Source: Mobula hypostoma
Taxonomy: Eukaryota
Assembly (NCBI RefSeq): GCF_963921235.1
Contig: NC_086112.1
Location: 3,472,001-3,536,000 of the forward strand
Length of the DNA: 64,000 nucleotides
Direction: 5' to 3'
This document shows, piece by piece, positions 41,003 through 53,944 of this stretch (position 1 is the first letter of the stretch; every line of letters starts with the position of its first letter). Position numbers and translations under genes: made by a program. The notes beneath the pieces were generated by a model. It saw nothing but the letters and a program-made list of their open reading frames with translations. It had not been told where the DNA came from and ran no database searches.

Positions 41003-41854
41003 AAATAAATTCTTAGCCATGGTTTATGTTTAGTGAAAAGGTGAAACGAATAAGATTAGAGAGGACAAAGGGGAAAATCTGTAAGTGTATCATCGGGGTT
41101 TCTCCCTCCTCAGAGTGGGACGGAGCGGACACTGGAAGGGAGGCGGCCTCTCTTCTTGCAACTTGCTTGAAGTAAAGTAAGCACCTGTAACCGGCACGAT
41201 CGAGAATCGTCAAAGAACGCCAGCAGGCAAGTTACAACTTCACCTTCATTGTCCTCTCTCCCACTTTGATTTTTGGCAATGCCGTTTAAAAGTAGCGCGT
41301 GGCTGACAAATCTTTCCAAATGAATCTTAAAAAAGGCTACTTATGTATTGTTTTGCTTATTGATCCGGACAAATTATTATTACTGTGTATCGCACAAGAC
41401 GTTAAGGGTGAAAGCGACGGAATAGTCCCTCGCGATCGCAACATCGTTCTTCAAGGCCATTCTGGTGCGTATTTGCAAAATGAAGAGAAGTGAGGCGAAT
41501 TAACTTTGAACATGTGTTCGGACTTTTACCGATGTTGGTTTTAATGTGTAGACATTCGAGCTATGTACTTCTAGCGTAACGAAGCTGAATTCAGTCTCCC
41601 TGTGTCAGTTAGTGTGAACTTGCAAGGATAAACTCGAGGGCGGCATGAAAAGCAAGTTGCGAGCCTCAGAAAGTAGCTCCTCACCTGCTCTAGTTGCCGT
41701 GTGATCACCTAATGAAAAGATCGATCGGCCAATGTTTGGCTAAGTGATAGTGTCAACAGATAAAGGAATACCAAGATGATCGACTGGCCCCGGTATACAG
41801 AGACACAATACAGACACTGCTACCAACAGCCCGAGCCCGCAGTCGTCTCTCAGT

Positions 41855-41935
41855 GCTCTCTCTCTCTCTCACACTCTCGCTCTCTCTCTCTCTCTCTCAC
41901 TCTCTCTCTCTCTTTCTTTCTCTCTCCCTCTCTTT
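41855..41935. repeat. (CT)n microsatellite
   Basis: Visible in sequence. Confidence 0.9.
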
Positions 41936-44909
41936 CCGCACGGTTCCACCTTAATTAACACAGCAGCGTGCTGTCAGAGGGCAGTGCAAAAGTACTCAGA
42001 AGAAAATGAAAATCCGGCGCCGTAAGTTAAAGAGAAATACCGGGTTCATTGCTCGGTTCGTATCGGAGAAAGAGTGGGGTTGCTGAGGCGTGGGGGGGGG
42101 GGGTGCAGGTTCTGGAGGGTGCGTTGGGGGGGGGGGGGTGCAGGGAAAACTCTTCATCGGGTCATGGAATCACTTCAGGCTGGGGAAGAGGTGGGATGAG
42201 CCGGTAACTGAGCGCCGTGCAGTCGGTACCTTTCAGGCGTTCTAACTGCAGATATTTCGGTATTCGTGGCCGTACCTAGACTGTTAATCTGTACCTGTCA
42301 GCGGACGTTCAGTTGTGTGACTTTCTTATTCTTGTACTTTTTAAAGATTCTGAGGTTAAGAGCCGCTTTTCAAGGTGCAATCAGAACCATAAAGATTCTA
42401 TCCATATTCGGTTCCCGTCCTGAAAAACAGAAACAAGCACATTTCTTGTTATATTTCACATTCGTAAATTGTATATTTTTTGTGATTACAAATATTTTAA
42501 ACCACAGGCCATTGCGTCGTCCTACAAATTCATTCCCTTAGCTAAAATAATTGGTATCGTCTCCTGCAGGTTTCAGATGTTACTCGAATAACCTTGAATT
42601 CAGCTCACTGAGATATTTCCAAACGCAATCTTCGAAATGTCAAATAAACACTAACTGTGATAATAATGGATATACTGCATCCAGGGAGAAGAATTTTCAG
42701 TGCAAAATTAATGCTTTTTTCCCTTCTTTTTCACCATACCCACCCACCAAGCATCTGGTTTGTAGACGTTTGTAAATCTTAAGAGAAAAAAAAGGCTGGT
42801 CTTTTAGTTAGATCTCCTCCCCCCAGTTCGGGCCGCTGACCTGTCGCATTACCCAAGGTTTTTTTTTGCCGAGCTCCCGAGGGCAAAAAAAGGAAAGAAA
42901 GAGAATTTTAACTTTTCCAGCTGTATCGAGTCAGCTACGGTGCAAAACTTTTTTCAAATGTCAACATTTCTCCTGTTTACTCATTCAAATACAAGCACGA
43001 AATGTGCGTTATTTCAAAGAAATCTGTGAATTCAGCATCTGATTTTTCACTTGCGTTGCACAGTCTAAAGGCAGCTAAAAAGCAATGGCATCAAAAACAG
43101 TCATGATATACACAGGGAGACAACTCGTAACGTCTTTCTAATTTGTGCTGTATTTTATCTGTGTCGTTCTCAGAGTATTTCGGCTTCAAAGTTGTTCGCA
43201 TGAACGATGGCCCAGTTATACCGAGACTGATTTTGCCTCCAATATGCGTTGGGGCGGTTACTTTAGGCAAAATCTAAGTACAAATACGTTATGGTTCCTT
43301 GACTGTTCACTTAATATGTTTTGTTTTGTGGTCCTGCAGCTGAACGCCACTGAATTTACTCTGCAATAGGCATGGTGAACCAGTGATTAACATCATCCCA
43401 TTCTGAGGTTAATTTCAGTGGCGAGCTGAATCCTACATAATTCGGTGTTTCTTTCTTGCGCCCCGTTCTTGCCTAGAAAGTTTTTTTTAAACCACAGCAC
43501 CGGAATTGAAGTTTAGCGGCGACAGATTCCGAAAGATTTAGATGTTTATAGAGGTAATGCCGAGTTTCTGGATATTTTTACTTAACTGTAAACAGGCACG
43601 GAGAACTTTTGGGTCACATCGTACGTGTGATAATAACAGCCAGATGTTTAAAACACATAAAATATACACGAAGCTTCTTTTTTGCTTTTAAAAAAGCTAA
43701 CTCTCCTTCTTTACGTCTCTTGAAGCGTCAAAGAGAAGAGGAGGGTCCTTTGTCCACATTCATCTCTGGCCATTCTAGGGGTGAATTTGGTGTGAAAGGG
43801 ACGAGAAGGTCACTTGACATCGCCTTTTATCTACTGGCGTTTTCTCTGTGGATCATCGGATCTGAATAGACACATCTAATCGCACTTAATGGAAACTTGG
43901 CGAGAGAGCGAAAACCCGCCTTCACCTGCATTCACCGTTAGAATCAGCGCAGCTAATTGCCTCACCCTCTGCTTTAATATAATCTCAAAACAAATCGAAA
44001 GCCTTAGGAATTGGAGGGTTTCTAATTGGCTCGTAATAAACCCAAATTTTAACTCAATCCTCATTCATTGACATGTCTGGTGCTCTAAGTGAGCAAGTTT
44101 TTTTTAATGAATGCATTAGATTTATAGGATAATACCGGTCCGGATGACAAAACAGTTCAGTGTTCCAAACTTTCTGCAAATACTTTGCCACCACGAACTT
44201 CTTCGTTGGTGTCATATATACCGGTTTCTATCGGTAACCGATTTAATTCAATTAATCTTTAAAATCTGAATGAATAAAGCTTTCAGTTTTCTATTTTGCT
44301 TTCATCTTGAAGCGAGTTTATGAGAATATTTATGCGAATAAAATAGTAACATATTGCAAAACAAAAAGAGACATATTGTAGGCGGGAATGTTTACAGACA
44401 TTATTATCTGTACTTTGCAGGAACAACGTTAACACACTATATTTCAGTCTCTAGGTGTGTAAATTGATCAGCACATTTAATGGCTCATTCTTATACTGAA
44501 GAAGTCGAAAACATCCAGTTCGCTACAATTTAATGCCAACATAGAGCCCCATAAAAGGCAAAAACCAAAACTGCTTTTAGCAAAGCAACGCCTTTTAAAT
44601 TTGGGGTACGTGTGATGCAACTGAAACACTAAATAGATGTTAGTTGTTTTAAGAAAATAAACACACAAAAAACCAGCTCAACCTCGAACAGCAGCAGAAG
44701 ACGCTTGTACATTAAAGTGATGCCGTTCTGCATTCGCAATATAGCTCCTGGAGATGAATTTAAAGTCCACACCAGAAGAAATAAAATAGATTAACTTGGC
44801 TCGGTACAATAATAAGGCTTTAAACTTCCACGAATTACCGGCGTGAAAGTTTTTTTTTCGGATGCTTGGGTATTGAAAATGCCTTTAGAACAGAAGTATT
44901 TTGGGAGTA

Positions 44910-45022
44910 TGACATACAAATTGCTGGAGGGACTCAGCAGATCAGGCAGCATCTATGGAAATGAATACACAGTCGACGTTTCGGACCGAGACTGGAAAGG
45001 AAGGGGGAAGGTAGTCTGGAAG
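44910..45022. mobile_element. Penelope-like-derived short repeat fragment
   Basis: aaattgctggagggactcagcagatcaggcagcatc...gtcgacgtttcggaccgagac; same family as 50590-50792 and 60018-60143. Family assignment is from recognition. Confidence 0.65.
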
Positions 45023-47875
45023 CTGATTACTAATTGCAAACAATGATGCTTGGACTACTTTTACAATTAGCCGGTGGTTGGGTCTTGTTGGTAGGACTGT
45101 CAGATACAGCAACGGGTAATTGCTTTATTGCTCACAAAACCGCCACCTATGTGCTAATTACGGTGGATGGGCGTATAAATAGACACCATAAATCTATTAG
45201 GGCCAAAAAAACGCTATTGACTGTTTAAGTTAAACCCTCTATTGTATTGCACATACTATTCGTAAACAATGCTCTATCATCCCACACCACGAGGTAAATC
45301 TATGCTCCGTGGAAATGTGATCGCTTTCCAGATGGGGGAAAAACTTCAAGAAATACACATATTCAAACTTTCTCTCCATTCTTTACCCGCAAATATTCAC
45401 TGAACTCCGAGAGTGAGCGAAACTGTTTTCAGTTAAGTGAGTTCTGATGATAGATAATGTCAATTGTTCAAGTAAAAGTTTACAAACGTTCACCTTAACA
45501 CATTAATGGTAATCTTAGCCCTTCAATCGACATTCTTCTCAGGTGTTATTTACTTTGGAGGAGGTGGTCTGTATTTCTGGTAGTGACCAGGACTTGGTTC
45601 TATAGTCGGGTACAATAACAACTCAATTCCCTTTTCTGAACGTTCATTATATTAGACGTTATTCTATATAATCTGCATTTTTACAGGATCTTAGTTTACC
45701 ATCTTAGGGAGTTAAAATACCGTATTGTTAAAGCCATCTTTGCGCGGAGAGTCAGCCTGTTTGATTCAATTGTTTAGTGAGGATTAAATTGTTTATTAAT
45801 GCAGGGGCACGTGTAAGAAGTTGCTTAAAATTGTTTAGATTGTATACCCAAAAAGCGTCGTGTACAAATGGAACTTCTAGACATGGAGCTGACGAGCGTG
45901 ATTTGTGGGAATCAAACACTGAACAGACTCCTATTACATAGGAACGTCCGGAGAGGAGCTCGTGGAACCAGAATTTAAGTGCTTCGTTTTTAAACGTGGC
46001 TCGGTTTGTTAGGAGAAGGTTTCTCTGTTTAAGCCGCACTTCAGTTGTTTCACACTGACGTACCCGCTCAGTGCCCAGAAAGTGCTGCATTTTGGAGGCG
46101 TTGTTTCGGAATGGACTTTGAACTGAAGACGTGCGTGCTCTCTCAGGTAGACTTGAACATTCCAATGTTCCACTTCGGCGAAGAAGAGCCGGGAAGTATA
46201 CCTGCCACCTGTTTACTCTTAATTCCTTAGCCCCCTGTCAAAACCGTTGTTGGTGGGAGCTTGCAATACGTATATTGGCCTTTTCCGTCGTGGCAATAGT
46301 AATCAGGCTTCATAAACTATTTCACTGGCGGGAAAACACTTCCGGACGTCCTGAAACAAGTGAAATGCAAGCCCTTTTAAAAATTAACTTCCCCATCTAA
46401 TGGGGTGACGATCGGTCATAGCGCAGCGCATCTGTCCGAGGAGGTGACAGTTCTCCCCAGTTCAGCAGAAAGCGAGCGCATTCCCAAAGTGTACAACAAA
46501 GTGAGACCCAGGTACTAAATGCTCCCTCTCCCACCCAGCCTCTTTGCCCTCCCAGTGCACTGTTAGAAATCACAAAGGGCAAAATCCTTTTCTAAACTGC
46601 AAGTTATTAGGATAACAGGAGATTTATTGACATATTATTAATTCTTTTCTTTCCCAACTTAAATAATGGAAAAATATCTTGTAAAACGGGAGCCGAAGTT
46701 AATCATAAAACCTAATAATTCTTTACAAGTTACATTTTGGCCATTTCTTCATTTTTAAAGTCCAATTTATTGGCGAATAAATACAATTAACCCAATTCCC
46801 TTAAAATGTAAGCAGGCATATAATAATCAGTATTAAATCTATTCTAGTCTGTTTCTCAAAAATATATTGAACTTTACGTGCATGGACTTGTAGCTACTGT
46901 CATTGGTAAAGTTCCTAATGCCCAGTTTAGACAGAGCTGAAAGAGTGAGCAAAAAGAAACAAGACTGAACGTAATATTTAATCTATAATTCTATTACTGT
47001 AATTTTGTTTTATTCCAATAGATACGTCGCTGCAGAATTTATCACGTGACCTGTAACATGCTGAAGAATGGGCAATATTTGAATCAATATCAATTCCCCC
47101 CCCCCAGAAACCATCGAATCTCATATAACATATTTTTAATATGATAGGTACAGATTGTTGACGAATAGTGACTAGATCTGTTACTTAAAGAGATTATAAA
47201 ACCAAGGTGGTCATGTGATATTGCTGATCAAATGAATCGACAGATTTTTCAATAATTTAAAATGTTTGTTTTTGTATGAAAGGCGCCAAACACATACGGC
47301 CTCCTCTGTGTGTGCATGGGATGGGGGAAGGGAAAATGTGGGAGATAGATAGCACTATCTCTACAACAGTTAGAAATCAGAAACTAATAGTTCTATGTGT
47401 GTCATTGCAGCAGAGCTAAATGATTCCTTGTTTTGAGCCCAATGCGAAAAGCCAGATCTTTTCGTGGCAACGATAGAATGGAAAAAAATCACCAGGATTC
47501 GATTTAAACATCGCCGCCCCTGTTTGAAAAATTGCTGGTTATAGCAAAGAGCCACAGTTGTTGCATAACTATCCAAATAAAGAAAACAACCTCACTGAAT
47601 ATTAACGATGTCAATAATATTCCTTATTAATTTGTCTCAACGTAATACATTAAGAAAGGAGACGGGCAGAAGTTAAAACATCGAAAACTTGTACACCTTG
47701 CGTGGAGGATGAGCGTTGTAGGGAGGGATGGACGGTGGTCTCAATCTATTTTGAGCTCCCTCTGGAAGCAGGGAGTAAAATTATTCCATTAGCAGGTCTT
47801 CATTGCCTTCCCACCTCATATCTCAGGTGTTTGTACAGTTCCTCCTCTGAGGTTCTCCCACACAAATGACAGGAA

Positions 47876-47882
47876 AGAGAGT

Positions 47883-47946
<64 letters not shown>

Positions 47947-47966
47947 AGAGGGAGAGAGAGAAGAGA
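47876..47966. repeat. (GA)n microsatellite
   Basis: Long, near-perfect GA run. Confidence 0.95.
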
Positions 47967-50589
47967 AAATGTGCTTTCATGCTTTAGGTGAAACTGTAGG
48001 AATGTCGACAATGTCTTATTGAATTATGAAGGTGGCGGGGGAGTGTGAGGGGGTGGGCTTGGCTGGTGGGGCGGGGGTGGTGATGCCAGAAGTGGGTGGG
48101 TTGAAAAATCTCATTATTATAGGCAGAAAATTCACAATGAGAATAAAGACGTTGCGCGCCGCCAGCAACTCACGTTTGCATTTTAGTTTTCAGAGCTACA
48201 CATTGCATTTTCACATACCTCACGATCGGGACTAATAACCTGCAATAAAGCAAAGTTTTTAAAAATAACTCGACTAAATATTGTTTAGAAATATTTTTCA
48301 TTTAAGAATTTTGCACTTTCTACAGAAGGAAAAACAGTATTTATGGAAACACGGCGGTAATTTGAGTTATATTTGATTGAACTATTTTATTTTGCTAACT
48401 ATTACAATGGTTTAAAATTTAAACTTTTTTTCTGTCACAATATGTCTGAGAACACATAATTCACATGAGATCCTCTGACAACTTTACTATAATATTATTT
48501 TACAATCCATCCTTTTGCAAATTTAGTTGAGCGAAGAATGCAAAAAGTTAAAACCTTTAAATCCCACTAGACACAATAAGGGGCAGGAGTGATGTGCAGT
48601 CTCTAGCATCCAATCGCGGCAACTTTGACATTCACGAAGAAATGAGCAGTATGCAGTCTCCTAATACTAGTCTGTCAGCATACCTGGTGAAAACAGAAGT
48701 GGCCACACAGTTTTTTTTTAGTAATATGGATGGTAAATAATTTGTCCGTTCTATTTCGAAGTCAGAGATAAAACGAGACAATGCGAATATCGTTTAGAAA
48801 CCTAACATGTATGAATTTATTAACACATCTCCATCAATATCCAATTTCCCGACTGAAATGCCATTTATGTCGCTAGCTATACCTTCAATGATTTCAGTCG
48901 TCGGCTTCCACCAGGATTCCGTGATACGCAACCGGCGCCATCATATCTAATAATGTATAGTGCATAATACTGATTTTTATATTATAAGCATCAAATTCTT
49001 ACTTTACATACATAATTATTATGCCCACTTTGAGCGAAGCGTCTTCCACTGTTATACTACCAGGACGAAATACACGTACACGTTCAAAACCAAATGTCAC
49101 TGATTATGCAGCGGGGCTCTGTTATTAATGGTAATTGGCCATTTATGAATTATCTGCATTTCTGTCTTTACAAAGTAACTACGGTGTGACACAGATCCCT
49201 CACGAGCGCGTACTTTTCCTTGCGTTGAGATTATTGTTTCATTACGGAACTTATTTTAACGTGAGACTTCTGTACTGATTTGTGACGATCTCATACAGCG
49301 TCCATGGTTTTTACATTCCTAATGGCTTGTGGTAAACTGACCAGATGCAGCTACAGGGAATATGCATAGAACGGTTCATTTCATTCAGATTATTGTTCCA
49401 TTTCCAGTATCTTATTAAAACAGAATTACCTATCTATCCATCTTTCTGATTGATAAGCAATATATGGCAAAAAGCTGAAACTAGGCTGCAGGGAGGCAGA
49501 CCACGTATAAGATCGATATTTAATCCGTATCTACAACAGAATATGATTCCTTTTCACCCCGTGACACATTTTCATAAGTTAAATCCAAAGTCATAAAGAT
49601 AGCTTGCACGTTTTATATGCTCGTCCCAAAGTATCTGCATTTGTAGAACGAGGATGGACGGGTCTTTGGGGAGTCCCGGAAGGGCACTCTGGCGCATGCG
49701 CACCTACAACTACCATATTAAAAATAATCAATATTTTACAGTGTAAATCTGCCTGACGGTTGGGTCACATTAAACTTCTATAGACCCGGCGTTATAATCG
49801 TTTGCTCACGTTTAGTATTTTTTTTGGCTCAGTTGTATTTATGAAGGCAAATGGTTGCTCAAACTATTCTTAATTATTTACCTTGTGAAATGGCCCATAT
49901 TCGTTAGATCACGCCAGGGTCAAGTTCTACTCACGTGTCCATCTAATTAAGTGAAATACTCAGTCATTTCGGACCGAGTAATAAAAGTCCATTTTAGCCT
50001 TGGGTGCCTACTTTTGGGATTAGTGTTTAACCCAATGAAATTATTAGCACTTGGGCAAGCAACTCGGAAGGTAACCCAGCCAAATGAAATGATTCCCGGG
50101 TATATTCTTTTCTGTTATATTGTGAGTGTCTATGGTATCCCCCAGGGCTGCTTCTCCCTGCCTGCACTCTGATTTCATGTAGAAAAGCAGCCCTGAATGA
50201 TGGATTACTGTGTCATTGCGGCCTGCGAAGGATTAATTTGTTTTATTGATTTCTCTTTAGGCAGAATGCCAGGATTCGCTGCTTCCCACCTTTACAGGAT
50301 ACTTCCAACAGTAATAGACGGTAATAGTCTAAGACAAATCAGCCCATTCTTGTAAAAATAGAACCACAAAGTCCAAATCCCCCAGTTGGCTGCAAGGATG
50401 CACCTATTCCATTGCATTCCAAGGACATTAATAAATAAGCTCCCCCTTTTTTTAACGTTATTACACGTCTTTTGTTTCTCCAAAGTTAATGAGATGAGAA
50501 GCTTGCAAGGTGCAATCTCTGCAGGCATTCTTAGTTCTGTAAGAAAATTGGAAAGTTAGAATCTTTGAAACAAGTTAATAGTTTTGAAT

Positions 50590-50792
50590 AAACACAAGGA
50601 ATTTTGCAGATGCTGGAAATCCAGAGTAACACAAGCACACACAAAATGCTGGAGGAACTCAGCAGATCAGGCAGCATCTTTGAAGAGGAATAAAGAGTCG
50701 ATGTTTTGAGGGGAGGGCCGAGATGAAGGTCTTTATTCCTCTCCATTGATGCTGCCAGACCTGTTGAGTTCCTCCAGCATTTTGGATGTGTT
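50590..50792. mobile_element. Palindromic Penelope-like-derived repeat
   Basis: caaaatgctggaggaactcagcag...gcagcatc pairs with gatgctgc...ctgttgagttcctccagcattttg as a long inverted repeat. Confidence 0.7.
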
Positions 50793-51331
50793 ACTAACCT
50801 TGAAAAGTTTTGCCCAGATTTTCCACACAAGAAAAACATTGGCTAGGAATACATCAATAAGGAATGGCACTTGAATATTAAAGTAAATACACATCCAGAA
50901 AAGTACTTTGTGAAAACCATTACAGCTAAAAACAAAACAATATATGCAAAATGACAATTAATGTAATCGTTCTGTTGCACTGTGCGTGTAAAAATTGAAA
51001 GTTTTGCAATACCTGTTCTCTTTTTCTGTACATAATTACTGCAAAGGCATCAACTTTGATAACTTCAACATTAAAATAGTTTAAGAACATTTTATATAAC
51101 TTACAAAATCATATTTGTTTTTATTTAAAGTACCCTCTTAACTATTTAATAAAATAATTTGTGAAGAAATTAGTTTAAACATACTTTATTAATGAAGTGA
51201 AATCCCCAGTGTGAATTTTCACTTGAAATGTATTGTAAAAGTTACAAAGTGAAGAACAATAGCTTATAAAATCTGAATTAGTCAGTGCACAATATTCGTT
51301 GATGTAACCATGTATGAAGCAGTTAAGGCAC

Positions 51332-51898
51332 TAAGACCATAAGGCCATTCAGCCCATTGAGCCTCCTCCACCATTCCATCATGGCTGATTTATTTTCCCT
51401 CTCAACTCCATTCTCCTGTCTTCTCCCCGTAACCTTTGACATCCTGACCAATCAAGAACCTATCAACCTCTGCTTTAAGTATACCCAAATTACTTGGCCT
51501 CCACAAGGATCTGTGGCAATGAATTTCACAGATCTGCCACTTTGTGGCTAAAGAAATTCCTCCTCATCTCTGTTCTAAATGGACATCACCCTATTCCAAG
51601 ACTGTGTCCTCTGGTCCCAGACCCTCCCAGTATAGGAACCTTCTTCTCCACATCCACTCTATCTCGGCCATTGAATATTCAATGGGTTTCAATGAGATCT
51701 CCCCTCATTCTTCTAAACTTCAATGAGTGCAGGGTCAGAACCATCATCGTGCATTAACCCTTTCATTCCATAATCATTCTCATGAATCTCCTCTGGACCC
51801 TTTCCAATGCCAGTACATTTTTTTAGATAAGGGGCCAAAACTGTCCACAATATTCCAAGTGTGACCTGACCAATGCCTCTTAAAACTTCAGCATTATA
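51332..51898 (-). mobile_element. CR1/HER1-like LINE, 3' fragment of ORF2 and tail (decayed)
   Basis: Minus-strand remnants of the CR1 ORF2 C-terminus (APYLKK, LEFRRMRGDLIE-like, MRRNFFS) and a (TATGGTCT) tail. Confidence 0.85.
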
Positions 51899-52580
51899 TA
51901 AGACCATAAGACCATACGATATAGGAGCAGAATTAGGTCATTTGGCCCATCGAGTCTGCACCGCCATTTCAACATGTCTGATCTATTTTTCCTCTCAGCC
52001 CCAATCTCCTGCCTTCTCCCCGTATCTCTTTGTGCCCTGACCAATCAAGAATCTATCAACCTCTGCCTTAAATATACATAAAGACTTGGTCTCCACAGCT
52101 GCCTATGGTAATGAATTCCACAGATTAACCACTCTCCCACTAAAGAAATTCCTCCTCATTTCCATTCCAAAAGGATGCCCCTCTATTCTGCGGCTGTGTC
52201 CTCTGGTCTTAGATTCTCCCATCATAGGAGACATCCTCTCCACATAAAGTCTGTCAAGGCATTTCACCATTTGATAGGTTTCAATTAGGTCACCTCTCAT
52301 TCTTCTGAATTCTAGTGAATACAGACCCACAGCCATCAAACACTCTTCATATGAAAAATCTGTTCAATCCTGGAATCATTTTTGTGAACCTCCTTTCAAC
52401 CCTCTCCAGTTTCAGCACATCCTTTCTAAGACAAGGGGTCCAAAACAGCTCACAATACTCCAAGTGAGGCCTCATCAGTGCTTTATAAATCTCAACATTA
52501 CATCTTTGCTTTATATTCAAAATGAATGCTAACATTGCATTTCCCTTCTTTACCACTGACTCAATCTGCAAGTTATCCTC
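51899..52580 (-). mobile_element. CR1/HER1-like LINE 3' fragment
   Basis: ORF remnants YKALMRPHLEYCELFWTPCLRKDVLKLERVERRFTKMIPGL and GLYSLEFRRMRGDLIETY...NFFSGRVVNLWNSLP; (TATGGTCT)n tail. Confidence 0.9.
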
Positions 52581-52609
52581 AGGCACACATTCATCCGCCA
52601 AACCATCCT

Positions 52610-53350
52610 ACACGTAGCCTTGCTGGCAAGTGACACAGGCAGCAGACCAGAGATTGCTACACTGGAGGGCCAGCTTTTCAGCTTTCTGTCTAACTCCATT
52701 TATTCCCTCTTCAGGACCTCTTTCCTTTTCCTACCTATGTTATTGGTACTAATATGTACCACAACTTCTGGCTGTTCACCTTTCCCCTTTAGAATACTAT
52801 AGCTCTGATCTGAGACATCTATGACCCTGGAACCTGGGAGGCAACATAACATCCAGGTGACTCTTATCACATCCACAGAATCTCGTGTCTACTCCTCTGT
52901 GGAATCCCCTATCACTGCTGCAGTCTTCTTCTCCCCACTTCCCTTCTGAGCCACAGAGCCATACTCAGTCCCAGAGGCTCAACTGCTGTGGCTTTCCCCT
53001 GGTAGCTTGTCCTCCTCAACAGTGTCCATAGCAGTCTGCTTATCACTGACAGTAACAGACACAGGGGTAATCTGCACTGATTGCCTATTCCCTTTCCCTC
53101 TCCTGACAGCCACCCAACTGCCTGCCTCCTGCAATTTAGGAGTGACTGCCTCCCTGTAGCTCCTATTTATCACCTCCTCATTCTCTCGTATGAGCCAGAG
53201 ATCATGTAGCTGCAGCCCCAGTTCCTTAAAGTAGTCTCTAATGAGCTGCAGCTCAAAGCACTTTGTGCATGTGTAGCTATCAGTCAGTCTGGAGGTCTCC
53301 CAAGTTTCCCTCATCGCACACAAAGTACATACCACTAACTCTGGACCCAC
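52610..53350 (-). mobile_element. CR1 ORF1 remnant (zinc finger/leucine zipper and SGNH esterase-like domain)
   Basis: CTLC...CTKC followed by a heptad-Leu region; frameshifted AVIGDS, CCLPGSRV and PEVVVHISTNNI motifs typical of the CR1 ORF1 esterase. Confidence 0.8.
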
Positions 53351-53399
53351 TCTCACTGCAAAGGCATTGCATGTACGGGGCACTACGGTCATATTGAAA

Positions 53400-53655
53400 T
53401 TAACACATCGCTATTACAACTCAGGCTGCTGGAATTGGAAAGTCCTCTGTAAGGAGTTTGTATGTCCTCCCCGTGAAAGCATGGATTTTCTCCGTGTGCT
53501 CCAGTTCCTCCCTCAGTCCAAAGATATACCAGTTAGTCAGTTAATTAGTCACTGTAAATTGTCCTGTGGATTAGGCCAATGTTAAGTAGGTGGGGTGCTG
53601 GCCAATGAGGCATGTTGGGCCGGTAGGGCTGTTCCACACTCTATCTCTAAATAAA
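53400..53655 (+). mobile_element. V-domain (HE1-like) tRNA-derived SINE
   Basis: Core ggagtttgtatgtcctccccgtg...tgctccagttcctccctcagtccaaaga, LINE-like 3' tail and A-rich end. Confidence 0.8.
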
Positions 53656-53944
53656 CGAAAATATATTAAAATACCGATATGTCAAAGTGCTTTCTTCAGA
53701 ATTCTGCTAATGCAAAAATAAAGCTGGAATACTGTACATATATTTTGGCAACAAATCAATGCAAACTGCCAAGTTCCCCAAGAATTTTTAGTTTAAATAT
53801 TTCAGCTCCTGACAGTTTTTAGTATAGTAAGTATATTAAGTTTAAAGATGGAATACAAAACATTAATTACACAAGAATATATTTATATTGTACTGGTTCA
53901 GTCATATTTTAAAGTTAATGGGATTATTAATAGTTAATAATAAT

